Shown: positions 1 through 9,130 of the stretch, piece after piece
Position numbering within the stretch: position 1 is the first letter of the stretch
Layout of the letters: every line of letters begins with the position of its first letter
Source of the DNA: Candidatus Omnitrophota bacterium
GTDB taxonomy: Bacteria > Omnitrophota > Gorgyraeia > Zapsychrales > JANLHA01
Direction: 5' to 3'
DNA: 64,000 bases
Assembly: GCA_020632535.1 (NCBI GenBank)
Contig: JACKFJ010000001.1
Coordinates: forward strand, 26,890-90,889
Notes under the pieces: generated by a model
Seen by the model: only the letters and a program-made list of their open reading frames with translations
Database searches by the model: none
Told to the model about the DNA's origin: nothing
Made by a program: the position numbers and the translations under genes

Positions 1-2
1 TA

Positions 3-776
3 TACGGTACAAACGTCGCTTATCAATTAGGCGATCGTTGGCAAACAATGGTGGAAGGTTATGTTTGGGCCAAATTGGACCAAAGTGTTAACACCGTCGT
101 TGGTGCTAAAACAGATACCGTGTATATGCCGGGTATTCATGTCAGCACAAATCCAATCAAAGGGTTAAACCTTTCTGCGGAACTTGCAATACAAAGAGGT
201 AATAAATTCCAAGCAGCCAGCACGAACGTTAAGAGAGAAGCTACCGCTGGACAAATTATTGCTAATTACCAAGTTCCTGTAGCAATGATCGAAAAATATA
301 AGCCAACCGTTATGGGTGCTTATACGTATGTTTCTGGTGAAAAGAATCCTGCGGAAGCCGGAGCTCAAGATGAAACTCGTTACACAGCTTGGGATCCAAT
401 GTTTGAAAATCAAGCTGGTGGAACAATCTACAACACGATGTTTAGTTTATCCAATGCCCACATTCTTACAACCAAGGCATCTGTAAAGCCTATCGAAGAT
501 GTGACCGCATCGGTTCAATTAGACAATCTCTGGCTTGATAAAGAAGTCCGTGGTGGTTCTTTAACTGTTTTGCGTCCAGACGGGTCAACGTTGGCCGCAT
601 CGTCGACTACTAACAAATTCATTGGTAGTGAAATTGGTGTAGGTCTTGCTTACGCATACACCGATGACGTTACGTTGGGTGCTAAGTTTAACTGGTTTAC
701 GCCAGGCGAACTTTTTGCCTCATCGAATCAAAACGTTGCTTCACAAATCTTGGTTAACGCAAACGTTAACTTCTAA
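3..776 (+). CDS. Outer-membrane beta-barrel (porin-like) protein, C-terminal part; 5' end lies upstream of the window
   Basis: The frame is open from base 3, with no stop before the Met at 48, so the gene is cut by the window edge. It shows an alternating beta-strand-like pattern rich in G/N/T/Y. The C-terminus ...NANVNF ends in Phe, as in BAM-dependent OM barrels. The family could not be identified by eye. Confidence 0.5.
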   Translation, partial: YGTNVAYQLGDRWQTMVEGYVWAKLDQSVNTVVGAKTDTVYMPGIHVSTNPIKGLNLSAELAIQRGNKFQAASTNVKREATAGQIIANYQVPVAMIEKYKPTVMGAYTYVSGEKNPAEAGAQDETRYTAWDPMFENQAGGTIYNTMFSLSNAHILTTKASVKPIEDVTASVQLDNLWLDKEVRGGSLTVLRPDGSTLAASSTTNKFIGSEIGVGLAYAYTDDVTLGAKFNWFTPGELFASSNQNVASQILVNANVNF

Positions 777-808
777 GATTTAGTAAAGTTGCGGTATGTG
801 TTTTTGAT

Positions 809-848
809 AAGCCCCGTGGAGAAATCCATGGGGCTTGTCATTTTATTG
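809..848 (+). terminator. Putative intrinsic terminator after the porin gene
   Basis: Hairpin AAGCCCCGTGG-AGAAAT-CCATGGGGCTT (809-836, one G.U) is followed by GTCATTTTATT. The T-tract is interrupted. Confidence 0.45.
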
Positions 849-1012
849 CGGAATTATTTTGCGGTGATTTCTAGAATTAATACTTGTAATAATAAATAAG
901 CATCGTTGTTCAATTCTTCCGTCGATAATATTTATTTTGATTTATAAAAAAAAATAATTATTACTTTGAAAATCAGCATTATTTCGTTATTATAAAAACT
1001 AACATTATTACA

Positions 1013-1040
1013 TTGCAAGCTCATTCCCAGTTTTTAAAAT
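1013..1040 (+). promoter_or_regulatory. Candidate sigma70-type promoter for the 1066 gene
   Basis: TTGCAA (1013-1018), 16 nt, TAAAAT (1035-1040), inside a very AT-rich 230-bp intergenic region. Pattern match only. Confidence 0.3.
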
Positions 1041-1065
1041 ATAATAACGAGCGAGAATTTATTCT

Positions 1066-1641
1066 ATGACACGCGATGATATATATGATCATCTGGCTCA
1101 GGTTTATCTAGGCAAGAGAAGCAACCTAGAAAAAAAGAAAACGAAACAGCTGAATTCTTGGCTTGTTATTAACATCGTTATTACAGTTATTATTTTTGCG
1201 AGTTCGATTTATGGACTTACCGCGTTTTTGACACACAGAGGCGATGTTCTTCATAATAAAATTGTGTACGCCCTCAATAACGGCCCTATCCGTTTGAAAT
1301 ATAATCTTGAGCATCCATTCCCATCAGTTAAAACATTTAGTTTAAGTATTCCTAAGATGAATGTGGCCAAATACAAGGCTCTGCAGTTCTCTGTCCGCGC
1401 TTTGGACGAGGGAACGCCGGGTACTATTCGTATTGAACTTAAGAATCATAAAAATGAAATTGCGTTCGTGTTTGTTGAAAATGTTGATCGCGGCTGGAAG
1501 AATTATGAAATCAAGTTAGAGCGTTTTCAGCAGATATCAGATTGGTCAGATATCAATGAAATTTCTTTTGTCCTTGAGGCTTGGAATGCTCAGGATCGAA
1601 AAGGGATTATATTGATTGATGACGTAGCTTTTTCCAGCTAG
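1066..1641 (+). CDS. Single-pass membrane protein with a C-terminal beta-sandwich, possibly a carbohydrate-binding-module-like domain
   Basis: N-terminal cytoplasmic stretch, one TM helix (WLVINIVITVIIFASSIYGLTAFL), then a ~130-aa domain ending ...ISFVLEAWNAQDRKGIILIDDVAFSS, which resembles CBM11/CIA30-type sandwiches. The functional call is weak. Confidence 0.6.
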   Translation: MTRDDIYDHLAQVYLGKRSNLEKKKTKQLNSWLVINIVITVIIFASSIYGLTAFLTHRGDVLHNKIVYALNNGPIRLKYNLEHPFPSVKTFSLSIPKMNVAKYKALQFSVRALDEGTPGTIRIELKNHKNEIAFVFVENVDRGWKNYEIKLERFQQISDWSDINEISFVLEAWNAQDRKGIILIDDVAFSS

Positions 1642-1722
1642 TGCGCTATAGGCGCACTGTTGTACTGTGAACCACTATAAATAAACCAGATTACACAGTG
1701 CTAGCCAAGGGAGGTAAATGTT

Positions 1723-2886
1723 ATGCGAATTATTTCAATAGCAACTCAAAAGGGCGGATGTGGTAAGACCACGACAGCTATTAATTTAGCTGCAGCCTTG
1801 AGTGCCAATGGTAAGCGTACACTTCTCATTGATCTTGATCCTCAGGCACATGCCTCACTTGGACTCAATTTTGAAAATAAAGATAGCATATATAACGTTA
1901 TTTCAAAACTGACACCACGCAAACTTAATATCACGGATATTATTCGCAGCGCCGGTCCGAATTTTGATATTGTTCCGTCGAACATCCTTGTTGGGACACT
2001 GGAGCAGGAATTAGCTGATGAAATTGGCCGTGAATTAAAGCTGACGGATATTATTGCCAAAATTAAGGACAGTTATGATTATATTTTGATGGATTGCCCG
2101 CCGAGTCTTGGCTTTTTGACTGTTAATGCTTTACGTGCCTGCGATGAGGTTTTTATTCCTGTTGAGACGAGTCGTTTTTCTATGCAAGGGGTTGAGCATC
2201 TTTTGGATATTGTTAACTTAATTCGTGAGCGATTGAGTCATCCTGTTGAGTTTCGAATTTTGGTCACGATGTTTGATTCTCGATTACGGCATTCGTTTTC
2301 GATGCTTTCTCAGATTCGCGAAAAATTTTCTGGTGTGCTTTTTGACACAATTGTTCATACCAACGTTAAGCTTAAAGAATCTGTGGTCATGGGACAGACT
2401 GTCATTGATTATGATAAATATTGCCGCGGAGCTAAAGATTATTTTAGTCTCGCTAAGGAAATTATTTTCAAACAAGAAGTTCAGGAAAAAGTTTTGGAAC
2501 AACCAGCTGCGGCGGTTGTGCCACAGCGAGAGGCCGCGTCAGTTATTAAAGTTGAAGAGAATTTCCGTTTCTCCAACCGTATGCATTCGATGATGGAAGA
2601 AGGTCTCAATGGGATGCGTCTGACAACTTTTTCACTTGATGCCCCGGATGCTCGCTCGGTTTATGTGACGGGGAGTTTCAACGATTGGTCTTTGGATGAG
2701 AAGTGTCGTATGCGCTTGGAAAGTGGCCGCTGGCTTGTCGATGTTGGTCTTCGTCCGGGGGTTCATAAGTATCAATTTATCGTAGATGGTCGTTGGAGAG
2801 AAGATCCTGCCAACCCGCGGCAAGAGCGTAATTCTTTCGGGGATATCAATTCTTTGGTTGAGGTTCAGAATAATGGTAACGTATGA
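1723..2886 (+). CDS. ParA/MinD-family ATPase fused to a C-terminal CBM48 / AMPK-beta-type glycogen-binding domain
   Basis: Deviant Walker A at residues 9-16 (QKGGCGKTTT), ParA-like LLIDLDPQ and DCPPSLG motifs, and RBS GGGAGG upstream. The C-terminal ~85 aa (nt ~2617-2868) read TFSLDAPDARSVYVTGSFNDWS...GVHKYQFIVDGRWREDPANP...NSLVEV, a close match to the AMPK1_CBM/CBM48 pattern. Confidence 0.85.
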   Translation: MRIISIATQKGGCGKTTTAINLAAALSANGKRTLLIDLDPQAHASLGLNFENKDSIYNVISKLTPRKLNITDIIRSAGPNFDIVPSNILVGTLEQELADEIGRELKLTDIIAKIKDSYDYILMDCPPSLGFLTVNALRACDEVFIPVETSRFSMQGVEHLLDIVNLIRERLSHPVEFRILVTMFDSRLRHSFSMLSQIREKFSGVLFDTIVHTNVKLKESVVMGQTVIDYDKYCRGAKDYFSLAKEIIFKQEVQEKVLEQPAAAVVPQREAASVIKVEENFRFSNRMHSMMEEGLNGMRLTTFSLDAPDARSVYVTGSFNDWSLDEKCRMRLESGRWLVDVGLRPGVHKYQFIVDGRWREDPANPRQERNSFGDINSLVEVQNNGNV

Positions 2887-3199
2887 TGACGCCCACAAAG
2901 ATGATGTTCTTGAGGGCAAAGTCATAGCCATATTAGCGTATCTTTCGATTCTCTGCATTATTCCACTTCTGATTAAAAAAAATAATATTTTTGTCTTGGC
3001 GCACAGTAAGCAAGGTTTGGTTTTGTTTGTTGGGGAAGTTGCGGTTTTTATTTTGCACATTATTTTTGGAGTGTGGTTTTTGAAGTTAGGAATGTTTATT
3101 TTATTGACATTATCATTTGTGGGGCTTCTTGCCGTTCTTCGTGGTCAATATATCAAAATGCCTGTTGTGTCTTTAATCGCTGAAAAAATTACACTGTAA
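2873..3199 (+). CDS. Small multi-pass membrane protein (DUF4870-like)
   Basis: ATG at 2873 overlaps the ParA stop (2884-2886) by 14 nt. The ORF-track start at 2786 would lie deep inside the ParA gene. Motif ...KVIAILAYLSILCIIPLLIKKNNIFVLAHSKQGLVLF... resembles DUF4870. 2-3 TM helices. Confidence 0.6.
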   Translation: MVTYDDAHKDDVLEGKVIAILAYLSILCIIPLLIKKNNIFVLAHSKQGLVLFVGEVAVFILHIIFGVWFLKLGMFILLTLSFVGLLAVLRGQYIKMPVVSLIAEKITL

Positions 3200-3242
3200 G
3201 GAGTTTCTCATTTTAGATCAGTTAGTCAAAGCCCTGCAATCA

Positions 3243-3761
3243 ATGTTTAAGGGTCCAGTTCCGACGAAGAAAGTCAAGGCTAAGCGTTCTACTTCACAGT
3301 CTCGATACGTGGGACTTCCTGCCGGTAAGAAAAATAAAAAAACGAAAGCGAAAGAATCTTCTTCAAAGAGCGCAACGAAGCGTCGTCGTTTTGCAAAAAG
3401 TTATTTAAAATCGCCCGTTAAGAAGCCAATCAAAATTAAGACAAAAGCGATTAAATCGGTCGCTATCAATAAACTTAAGCGAAAAGAAAAAATTGTCAAA
3501 CCCGTGCCGGAATTTTATGTCGGGGAGATTACGCATTATTTTCAGAAAATTTCTGTAGTCGTGGTTAAGGTTTCTGAACATCCTATTCTTATCGGGGATT
3601 TGATCCACATTAAGGGAGGATCAACTGATTTTACGCAAAAAGTCGCGTCTTTGCAGGTTGAGAGCAAGGATGTCCGTTTCGCCCGTAAAGGGGAATTGGT
3701 TGGATTGCAAGTCATTGAAATTGCTAAGCCTGGCGATAAAGTTTATAAAATTAAGAAGTAG
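3243..3761 (+). CDS. Lys-rich basic N-terminal tail fused to an EF-Tu-domain-2-like beta-barrel (translation elongation factor-like protein)
   Basis: The first ~95 aa are K/R/S-rich and low-complexity (KKVKAKRSTSQ...KKNKKTKAKESSSKSATKRRR...). The C-terminal ~80 aa (GEITHYFQKISVVVVKVSEHPILIGDLIHIKGGSTDFTQKVASLQVESKDV..ARKGELVGLQV) match small EF-Tu D2-like barrel proteins as I recall them. Confidence 0.55.
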   Translation: MFKGPVPTKKVKAKRSTSQSRYVGLPAGKKNKKTKAKESSSKSATKRRRFAKSYLKSPVKKPIKIKTKAIKSVAINKLKRKEKIVKPVPEFYVGEITHYFQKISVVVVKVSEHPILIGDLIHIKGGSTDFTQKVASLQVESKDVRFARKGELVGLQVIEIAKPGDKVYKIKK

Positions 3762-3785
3762 TTTGTGGATTGGAGTAGGAAGGTA

Positions 3786-4013
3786 TTAGCGATGCCCACG
3801 ATCACGCATTTGGTCTTGGCGTTGTTGCATTAAATCGCGTTGTTGTTGTTTAAGGTCGGCGGTTTTTTGCGATTCGGTTTGCCATAAAGCTGTGTTCTCT
3901 GTTAAATCAGCTTTGGGGGCTGATTTCATGGTCTTTCCGACGACGAAAATGTAGCCATAGTAAAGACCACCTAGCACTGCTAATACAACTAAAAAAGCCA
4001 TTAATTCTTTCAT
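3786..4013 (-). CDS. Small membrane-anchored protein with a Gln-rich charged tail (hypothetical)
   Basis: One N-terminal TM helix (LMAFLVVLAVLGGLYYGYIFVV) followed by a polar Q/R/D-rich tail. Convergent with the 3243 gene. No family recognised. Confidence 0.45.
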   Translation of the reverse strand: MKELMAFLVVLAVLGGLYYGYIFVVGKTMKSAPKADLTENTALWQTESQKTADLKQQQRDLMQQRQDQMRDRGHR

Positions 4014-4117
4014 GCTGTAAGTATATAGCAGGGTGACGTTTATTCAAAATATTTTTTTTAAATAGTTTTGCTGTTTTGAGTCGGTATGGAAGTGTAAATG
4101 GCTGGGAAAATTTAAAC

Positions 4118-4146
4118 TTGACGACATTTAGACCCGATGTTATTAT
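4118..4146 (+). promoter_or_regulatory. Candidate sigma70 promoter of the rpsO-pnp operon
   Basis: TTGACG (4118-4123), 17 nt, TATTAT (4141-4146), about 55 nt upstream of the rpsO start. Confidence 0.5.
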
Positions 4147-4200
4147 AGCCCCAATCAAAAACGACGAAAAATAGAGAAATTGGAAAAAGGAGAAGCAAAA

Positions 4201-4470
4201 GTGGTTTTAGCAAAAGAAAGAAAGACAGAAGTTATCGATACCTTCAAGGTTCACGCCAAAGACACCGGTTCACCGGTCGTTCAAACCGCATTGTTAACGG
4301 AAAAGATCAACTATTTGGCCGAGCATCTTAAGAGCCACAAGCGCGATTTTCATTCGCGTCGTGGACTTTTAATGATGATTGGCAAGCGTCGCCGCCTGTT
4401 GGAATACCTTCAAAAGCACGACCAGAAAAAATACGAAGATACCGTTAGCAAACTCCATCTGCGTAAATAA
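4201..4470 (+). CDS. rpsO: 30S ribosomal protein S15
   Basis: A GTG start at 4201 gives the canonical 89 aa, and AAGGAG at 4187-4192 serves as RBS. The ORF-track TTG at 4180 sits upstream of that RBS. S15 hallmarks are present: ...[50 protein letters not shown]... Confidence 0.95.
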   Translation: MVLAKERKTEVIDTFKVHAKDTGSPVVQTALLTEKINYLAEHLKSHKRDFHSRRGLLMMIGKRRRLLEYLQKHDQKKYEDTVSKLHLRK

Positions 4471-4588
4471 CTGATTGATCAGGGATTTGGGATTAGGATA
4501 ATTCGTAAGAACTTTTCGTACGGATTTGGTAATCTCATCATCTCGCATATCAATTTTTAATAATGAATTTAACAGTAAAGAGGCTTAT

Positions 4589-6691
4589 ATGAATTTAGGA
4601 CGCATTGAAATCCCATTTGGGGCAGAGAATTTAATTATTGAAAGCGGCAAATTGGCAAAACAGGCCAATGGCGCGGTAACAGTCACAATGGGCGGAACGA
4701 CCGTTTTGGTTACCGCTTGTATGTCTAGAAAACCTAAAGAAGGAACTGATTTCTTTCCGTTAATGGTTGAATATCAAGAAAAAACATATGCTGCCGGCCG
4801 AATTCCGGGCGGATTCTTTAAGAGAGAAGGTCGTCCCACCGAAAAAGAAATTTTAACATCCCGCGTTATTGATCGTCCGATCCGTCCATTATTCCCAGAA
4901 GGTTTTTTTCATGAAGTTCAGGTTGTCGCAACGGTTTTGAGCAGTGATGGACAAAATGATCCTGATATTCTAGGGCTTGTCGGCGCTTCTGCTGCATTGC
5001 ACATTTCCGATATCCCATTTGCCAGAGCTATTGCCGCGGTACGTATCGCGCAGATTGACGGAATATTTGTCGTTAATCCGACGTTTGAGCAACGCGCGAC
5101 TGCGACATCTGATTTTGTTGTTGCGGGTCATCAGGATGGTCTAGTTATGATTGAAGGCGAATCTGGTGTTATGCCGGAAGAGCAAGTTGTAGAAGCACTG
5201 CGTTTGGCGCAAGAGGCGCTTATTCCAGCTGTTAAAGCGCAGGAAGATCTTCGTAAAAAAATTGGCCAAGAAAAGACAAGTGTGATTATTCTTGAAACGA
5301 ATAAAGCCTTGTTTAGCAAAGTTCGTGAAATGGCTCATAGCCGTTTAACAGAAATTTATACCATCGCTGATAAAAGTAAACGCGAAGAAGCACTCAATGC
5401 TCTTCTTGATAATTTTACGAAGGACATTGCCGCATTTGAGGCGTGTAAACGTGATGAAAAGGAAACAATTACAGCTGGACAAATTCGCGCGATTTTTGAT
5501 CAGGTTGAATATGAAGTCGTTCGGACTTCGGTTTTTGAAAGAGGTATTCGTGCTGACGGCAGAGGACTCAATGAAGTGCGTAAGATTGATTGTGAAGTTG
5601 GGGTATTGCCACGGACGCATGGCGCTGGTCTTTTTACCCGTGGTCAGACGCAGAGTTTAGCGGTTGTTACACTTGGAACCCGTGATGATGAACAAATGGT
5701 CGAATCTCTTGAAGGAACTTCATATAAAAAGTTTATGTTACATTATAATTTCCCGTCATTTAGTGTGGGCGAGACCAAGCCAATGCGTGGACCGGGTCGT
5801 CGAGAGATTGGTCATGGTGCATTAGCGGGTAAAGCTTTTAAAGCCGTTCTTCCGTCAAAGGATGATTTTCCCTATACAGTTCGTGTGGTTTCGGAAATTT
5901 TGGAATCTAACGGTTCTTCCAGTATGGCTTCAGTTTGTGCCGGAACTTTATCTTTGATGGACGCAGGTGTTCCTATTACCGACGCGGTCGCTGGAATTTC
6001 TGTGGGTTTAATTTCGGATGCAAAAAAGGCAGTTTTGATTATTGATATCATGGGTTTAGAAGATCATTTTGGTGATATGGATTTCAAAGTTGCCGGGACT
6101 CGTAATGGTGTCACCGCGATACAATTAGATCTTAAGATCAAGCAAGTCAGTGTTGAACTTTTAGCTAAAGGTTTGACCATGGCGAAGGAAGCGCGATTGA
6201 TGATTCTTGATAATATGCAGAAATGCATTGCTTCTCCAAGAGCGGAGATTTCGGATTACGCGCCGCGTATTATTTTCACTCAAATTGACCCATCAAAGAT
6301 CGGTGAAGTTATTGGGCCGGGTGGTAAAATGATCAAGAAGATTATTGAAGAAACCGGTGTTTCGTCGATTGATATTGAAGATGATGGTAAGGTTCTTATT
6401 GCCTCGGCCAGCAAGGAATCCGCAGAAAAGGCTAAAGAAATCATTGATGGCATGACCGTGGCTCCGATTGTCGGGACAGTTTATAACGCGACGGTTAAGA
6501 AAGTCATGAACTTTGGAGCTTTTGTGGAATTTATGCCTGGAAAAGAAGGTTTGGTCCATGTCTCGGAACTGTCAAGCACTTACGTCAAAGATGTCGAATC
6601 GGTTGTAAAGATTGGCGATAAGTTCAAAGTCAAGTTAGTCGAGATTGACAAAATGGGCCGTCTAAACCTGAGCAAAAAGCAAGCAGAGTAA
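4589..6691 (+). CDS. pnp: Polyribonucleotide nucleotidyltransferase (PNPase)
   Basis: Two RNase PH domains, a KH domain (GPGGKMIKKIIEETG) and an S1 domain (GTVYNATVKKVMNFGAFVEF.PGKEGLVHVSEL). The start was moved to ATG 4589 (MNLGRIEIPFG), which follows RBS AAAGAGG. Classic rpsO-pnp synteny. Confidence 0.97.
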   Translation: MNLGRIEIPFGAENLIIESGKLAKQANGAVTVTMGGTTVLVTACMSRKPKEGTDFFPLMVEYQEKTYAAGRIPGGFFKREGRPTEKEILTSRVIDRPIRPLFPEGFFHEVQVVATVLSSDGQNDPDILGLVGASAALHISDIPFARAIAAVRIAQIDGIFVVNPTFEQRATATSDFVVAGHQDGLVMIEGESGVMPEEQVVEALRLAQEALIPAVKAQEDLRKKIGQEKTSVIILETNKALFSKVREMAHSRLTEIYTIADKSKREEALNALLDNFTKDIAAFEACKRDEKETITAGQIRAIFDQVEYEVVRTSVFERGIRADGRGLNEVRKIDCEVGVLPRTHGAGLFTRGQTQSLAVVTLGTRDDEQMVESLEGTSYKKFMLHYNFPSFSVGETKPMRGPGRREIGHGALAGKAFKAVLPSKDDFPYTVRVVSEILESNGSSSMASVCAGTLSLMDAGVPITDAVAGISVGLISDAKKAVLIIDIMGLEDHFGDMDFKVAGTRNGVTAIQLDLKIKQVSVELLAKGLTMAKEARLMILDNMQKCIASPRAEISDYAPRIIFTQIDPSKIGEVIGPGGKMIKKIIEETGVSSIDIEDDGKVLIASASKESAEKAKEIIDGMTVAPIVGTVYNATVKKVMNFGAFVEFMPGKEGLVHVSELSSTYVKDVESVVKIGDKFKVKLVEIDKMGRLNLSKKQAE

Positions 6692-6840
6692 ACTGTAAAG
6701 CTGTGTAAGAAGTGGTTTGATACAGCGTAACACCCCACTTTCATATGATGTTTTAAACTAATCTGAAAGTGCAGTAGCATCGCTTGCGTTTTGTGGTAAA
6801 ATGCTCTCATAACGTGTGAGAAAACCAACCTCAGGATCCC

Positions 6841-9117
6841 ATGAATCGTGAACATCTCAATGAAGTCAAAGGGATTATTGTCTTTGCCCTCGGTGTAATT
6901 TTGTTGGCAAGCTTGGTCTCGTTTGTTCCTGATGATTTGGCGTGGTATACAACGCATCCGAATTCACCCGCAAAGAATCTCATCCGTGTTGTCGGTGCTT
7001 ATAGCGCCGGCACACTTTTTTTTGTCTTTGGGTATAGTGTTTACTTCCTTGTGGTTTTTTTATTCTTCTGGAGTTGGAATAAATTCGCATCTCGCGAAAT
7101 CAAATTTACGGCCGCAAAGGCTATCAGTTTTCTAATTCTTTTTAGTGTCATCAGTGCTTTATTTAGTATGGCCGGCCCACAAGAAGCGTTTGCTCGATTC
7201 AGTCGAGGTGGTTTTGTTGGTTATACATGCGCGGACTTTCTTGTCAATTATTTGGGTCGTATGGGCGCATATGTTATTCTGACTGCCGTTGGAGCTTTGA
7301 CGTTTGTTATCACAGGAGAGCTTTTAGTATCTCCGCTATTGTTTAAAACAACATCGTCATTGAAAGATTTAGCCGCTCAGATGCGGGAAGGCATCAAAAA
7401 TCGTGACATTGATAAGAAAGAATCATCGTCTGCGCTTCGCGTTCGTCCGGCTGTCGTCCCCGACAAGAAAAAACTCTTCGAATTTCCAAAATTAAAGCTA
7501 CCTGTTGCTGTAGCAAATAAAGATAATGCTCAAAATGCTGGCGGCAAGGAGGAGCTGCAAAAAGCTTTGGCAGGAACAAAACCAACTGCGGATGCAACAA
7601 CAAACGTCAAGCCTGTCGATCCCCCCAAGCCCAATATCAAAATTTTAAAAGGCGATGATAAACCCGTCGCGCCATTACCTGAGCCACAAATTATAGGTGA
7701 GTATCATTTGCCGAGTTTGGAATTATTAAATAATCCACCCATTGTTCCGGCGAATCGTTTGCAAAGTGACCTTGCGCAAGGTGCCAAGATTTTGGAATCC
7801 ACATTGGCTGATTTTAATGTGAATGCGCGCGTCGCGGATATTGAGCATGGCCCAGTCATTACGCGGTATGAATTAGAACCGGCGCCGGGTGTTAAAGTAC
7901 AGAAAATTACGTCTCTCGCGGATGACATTGCGCTTGCTATGAAAGCGCAAACGGTACGCATTGTCGCTCCGATTCCGGGAAAAAATCGTGTGGGTATTGA
8001 AGTCCCTAATAGCTCGTCGGCTGCGGTTTATTTAAAAGACGTTTTAGCTCAAAGTCAATTTTCGAATAGCGGTTCAAAGTTGATGCTGGCTTTAGGGAAA
8101 GATATTACCGGCTCGCCACTGATCGCGGATTTGGCGGAGATGCCGCATTTATTGATTGCCGGAACTACGGGATCGGGTAAAACGGTTTGCGTGAACGCAA
8201 TTATTATGTCTATGCTTTTCAATGCTACACCCGATGAATTAAAGTTCTTGATGGTTGATCCTAAAATGGTTGAATTAAGTCAATACAATGATATGCCACA
8301 TATGCTTTGTCCCGCGGTAACGGATACATCGAAGGTTCCGGCCGCGCTAAATTGGGTTGTTGGTGAAATGGAAGCGCGATATCAAACTCTTTCCAAAGCG
8401 GGTGTTCGAAATATTAAAGGATATCACGCGCAGGGTCATAAACTTCCATACATTGTTTTGATTATTGATGAACTTGCGGATTTGATGCAAACCTCAGCCA
8501 AGACTGTTGAAAGCGCGATTACGCGATTGGCGCAATTGTCTCGCGCTGTAGGTATTCATTTGATTTTAGCCACACAGCGACCATCGGTAGACGTTATTAC
8601 GGGTGTTATTAAAGCAAATTTCCCGTCGAGGATTTCTTTTAAGGTCGCTTCCAAGGTTGATTCTCGTACGGTTCTTGATATGAATGGCGCGGAAAATCTT
8701 TTAGGAAAGGGAGACCTTTTATTCATTCGGCCGGGTGACGCTAAACCTATTCGTGGTCAATGTGGATTTGTAACTGATGATGAAGTTAAGCGTGTGATCG
8801 ATTTTATTAAGCCGCAGCAACAACCTGTATACAATGATAAGATTTTAATTCAACAAAAGGCAGCAACTGGTTCAGAAAACGCAATGGATGATGAGTTATA
8901 CGAAGAGGCTTTGCGTTTGGTTATTGAAATCAATCAGGCTTCGGTTTCTATTCTTCAGCGAAGAATGCGATTAGGTTATACCCGTGCGGCGCGACTTATC
9001 GATATTATGGAACAAAATGGTATTGTTGGTCCATATTGTGGCAGTAAGCCGCGTGACATTTTAGTTAATCGGGAAGAATGGCTAATGCGTAATTCGAATT
9101 CTAAAGACAATACTTAA
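6841..9117 (+). CDS. ftsK: DNA translocase FtsK/SpoIIIE
   Basis: N-terminal 4-TM domain, a P/K-rich linker, a motor domain with Walker A GTTGSGKTVCVNAII and Walker B LIIDELADL, and a C-terminal gamma winged helix (SVSILQRRMRLGYTRAARLIDIMEQNGIVG). Confidence 0.95.
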   Translation: MNREHLNEVKGIIVFALGVILLASLVSFVPDDLAWYTTHPNSPAKNLIRVVGAYSAGTLFFVFGYSVYFLVVFLFFWSWNKFASREIKFTAAKAISFLILFSVISALFSMAGPQEAFARFSRGGFVGYTCADFLVNYLGRMGAYVILTAVGALTFVITGELLVSPLLFKTTSSLKDLAAQMREGIKNRDIDKKESSSALRVRPAVVPDKKKLFEFPKLKLPVAVANKDNAQNAGGKEELQKALAGTKPTADATTNVKPVDPPKPNIKILKGDDKPVAPLPEPQIIGEYHLPSLELLNNPPIVPANRLQSDLAQGAKILESTLADFNVNARVADIEHGPVITRYELEPAPGVKVQKITSLADDIALAMKAQTVRIVAPIPGKNRVGIEVPNSSSAAVYLKDVLAQSQFSNSGSKLMLALGKDITGSPLIADLAEMPHLLIAGTTGSGKTVCVNAIIMSMLFNATPDELKFLMVDPKMVELSQYNDMPHMLCPAVTDTSKVPAALNWVVGEMEARYQTLSKAGVRNIKGYHAQGHKLPYIVLIIDELADLMQTSAKTVESAITRLAQLSRAVGIHLILATQRPSVDVITGVIKANFPSRISFKVASKVDSRTVLDMNGAENLLGKGDLLFIRPGDAKPIRGQCGFVTDDEVKRVIDFIKPQQQPVYNDKILIQQKAATGSENAMDDELYEEALRLVIEINQASVSILQRRMRLGYTRAARLIDIMEQNGIVGPYCGSKPRDILVNREEWLMRNSNSKDNT

Positions 9118-9130
9118 CCGATGGGGTTAT

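Noticed and set aside
1640-1658. The hairpin AGTGCGC-TATAG-GCGCACT overlapping the stop codon of the 1066 gene, considered as a terminator.
   Set aside because: It is a good 7-bp GC-rich stem but has no downstream T-tract, and the ParA-CBM48 gene follows 65 nt later. It may be an mRNA-stability or attenuating structure, but the evidence is insufficient.
2632-3060. A 142-aa ORF antisense to the end of the ParA-CBM48 gene and the start of the DUF4870-like gene.
   Set aside because: It lies entirely antisense to two well-supported genes and has no recognisable motifs or RBS.
4180-4200. The upstream TTG start for rpsO (ORF track, 96 aa), and the 4526 start for pnp (721 aa).
   Set aside because: The TTG lies upstream of the AAGGAG RBS (4187-4192), and GTG 4201 gives the canonical 89-aa S15. 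For pnp, ATG 4589 follows AAAGAGG and removes a non-conserved 21-aa extension.
6580-6957. A 125-aa minus-strand ORF bridging the pnp 3' end and the ftsK 5' end.
   Set aside because: It overlaps two high-confidence genes in antisense. The true intergenic part (6692-6840) contains only a weak hairpin and an extended -10-like TGGTAAAAT (6794-6802), which I did not consider strong enough to list as a feature.
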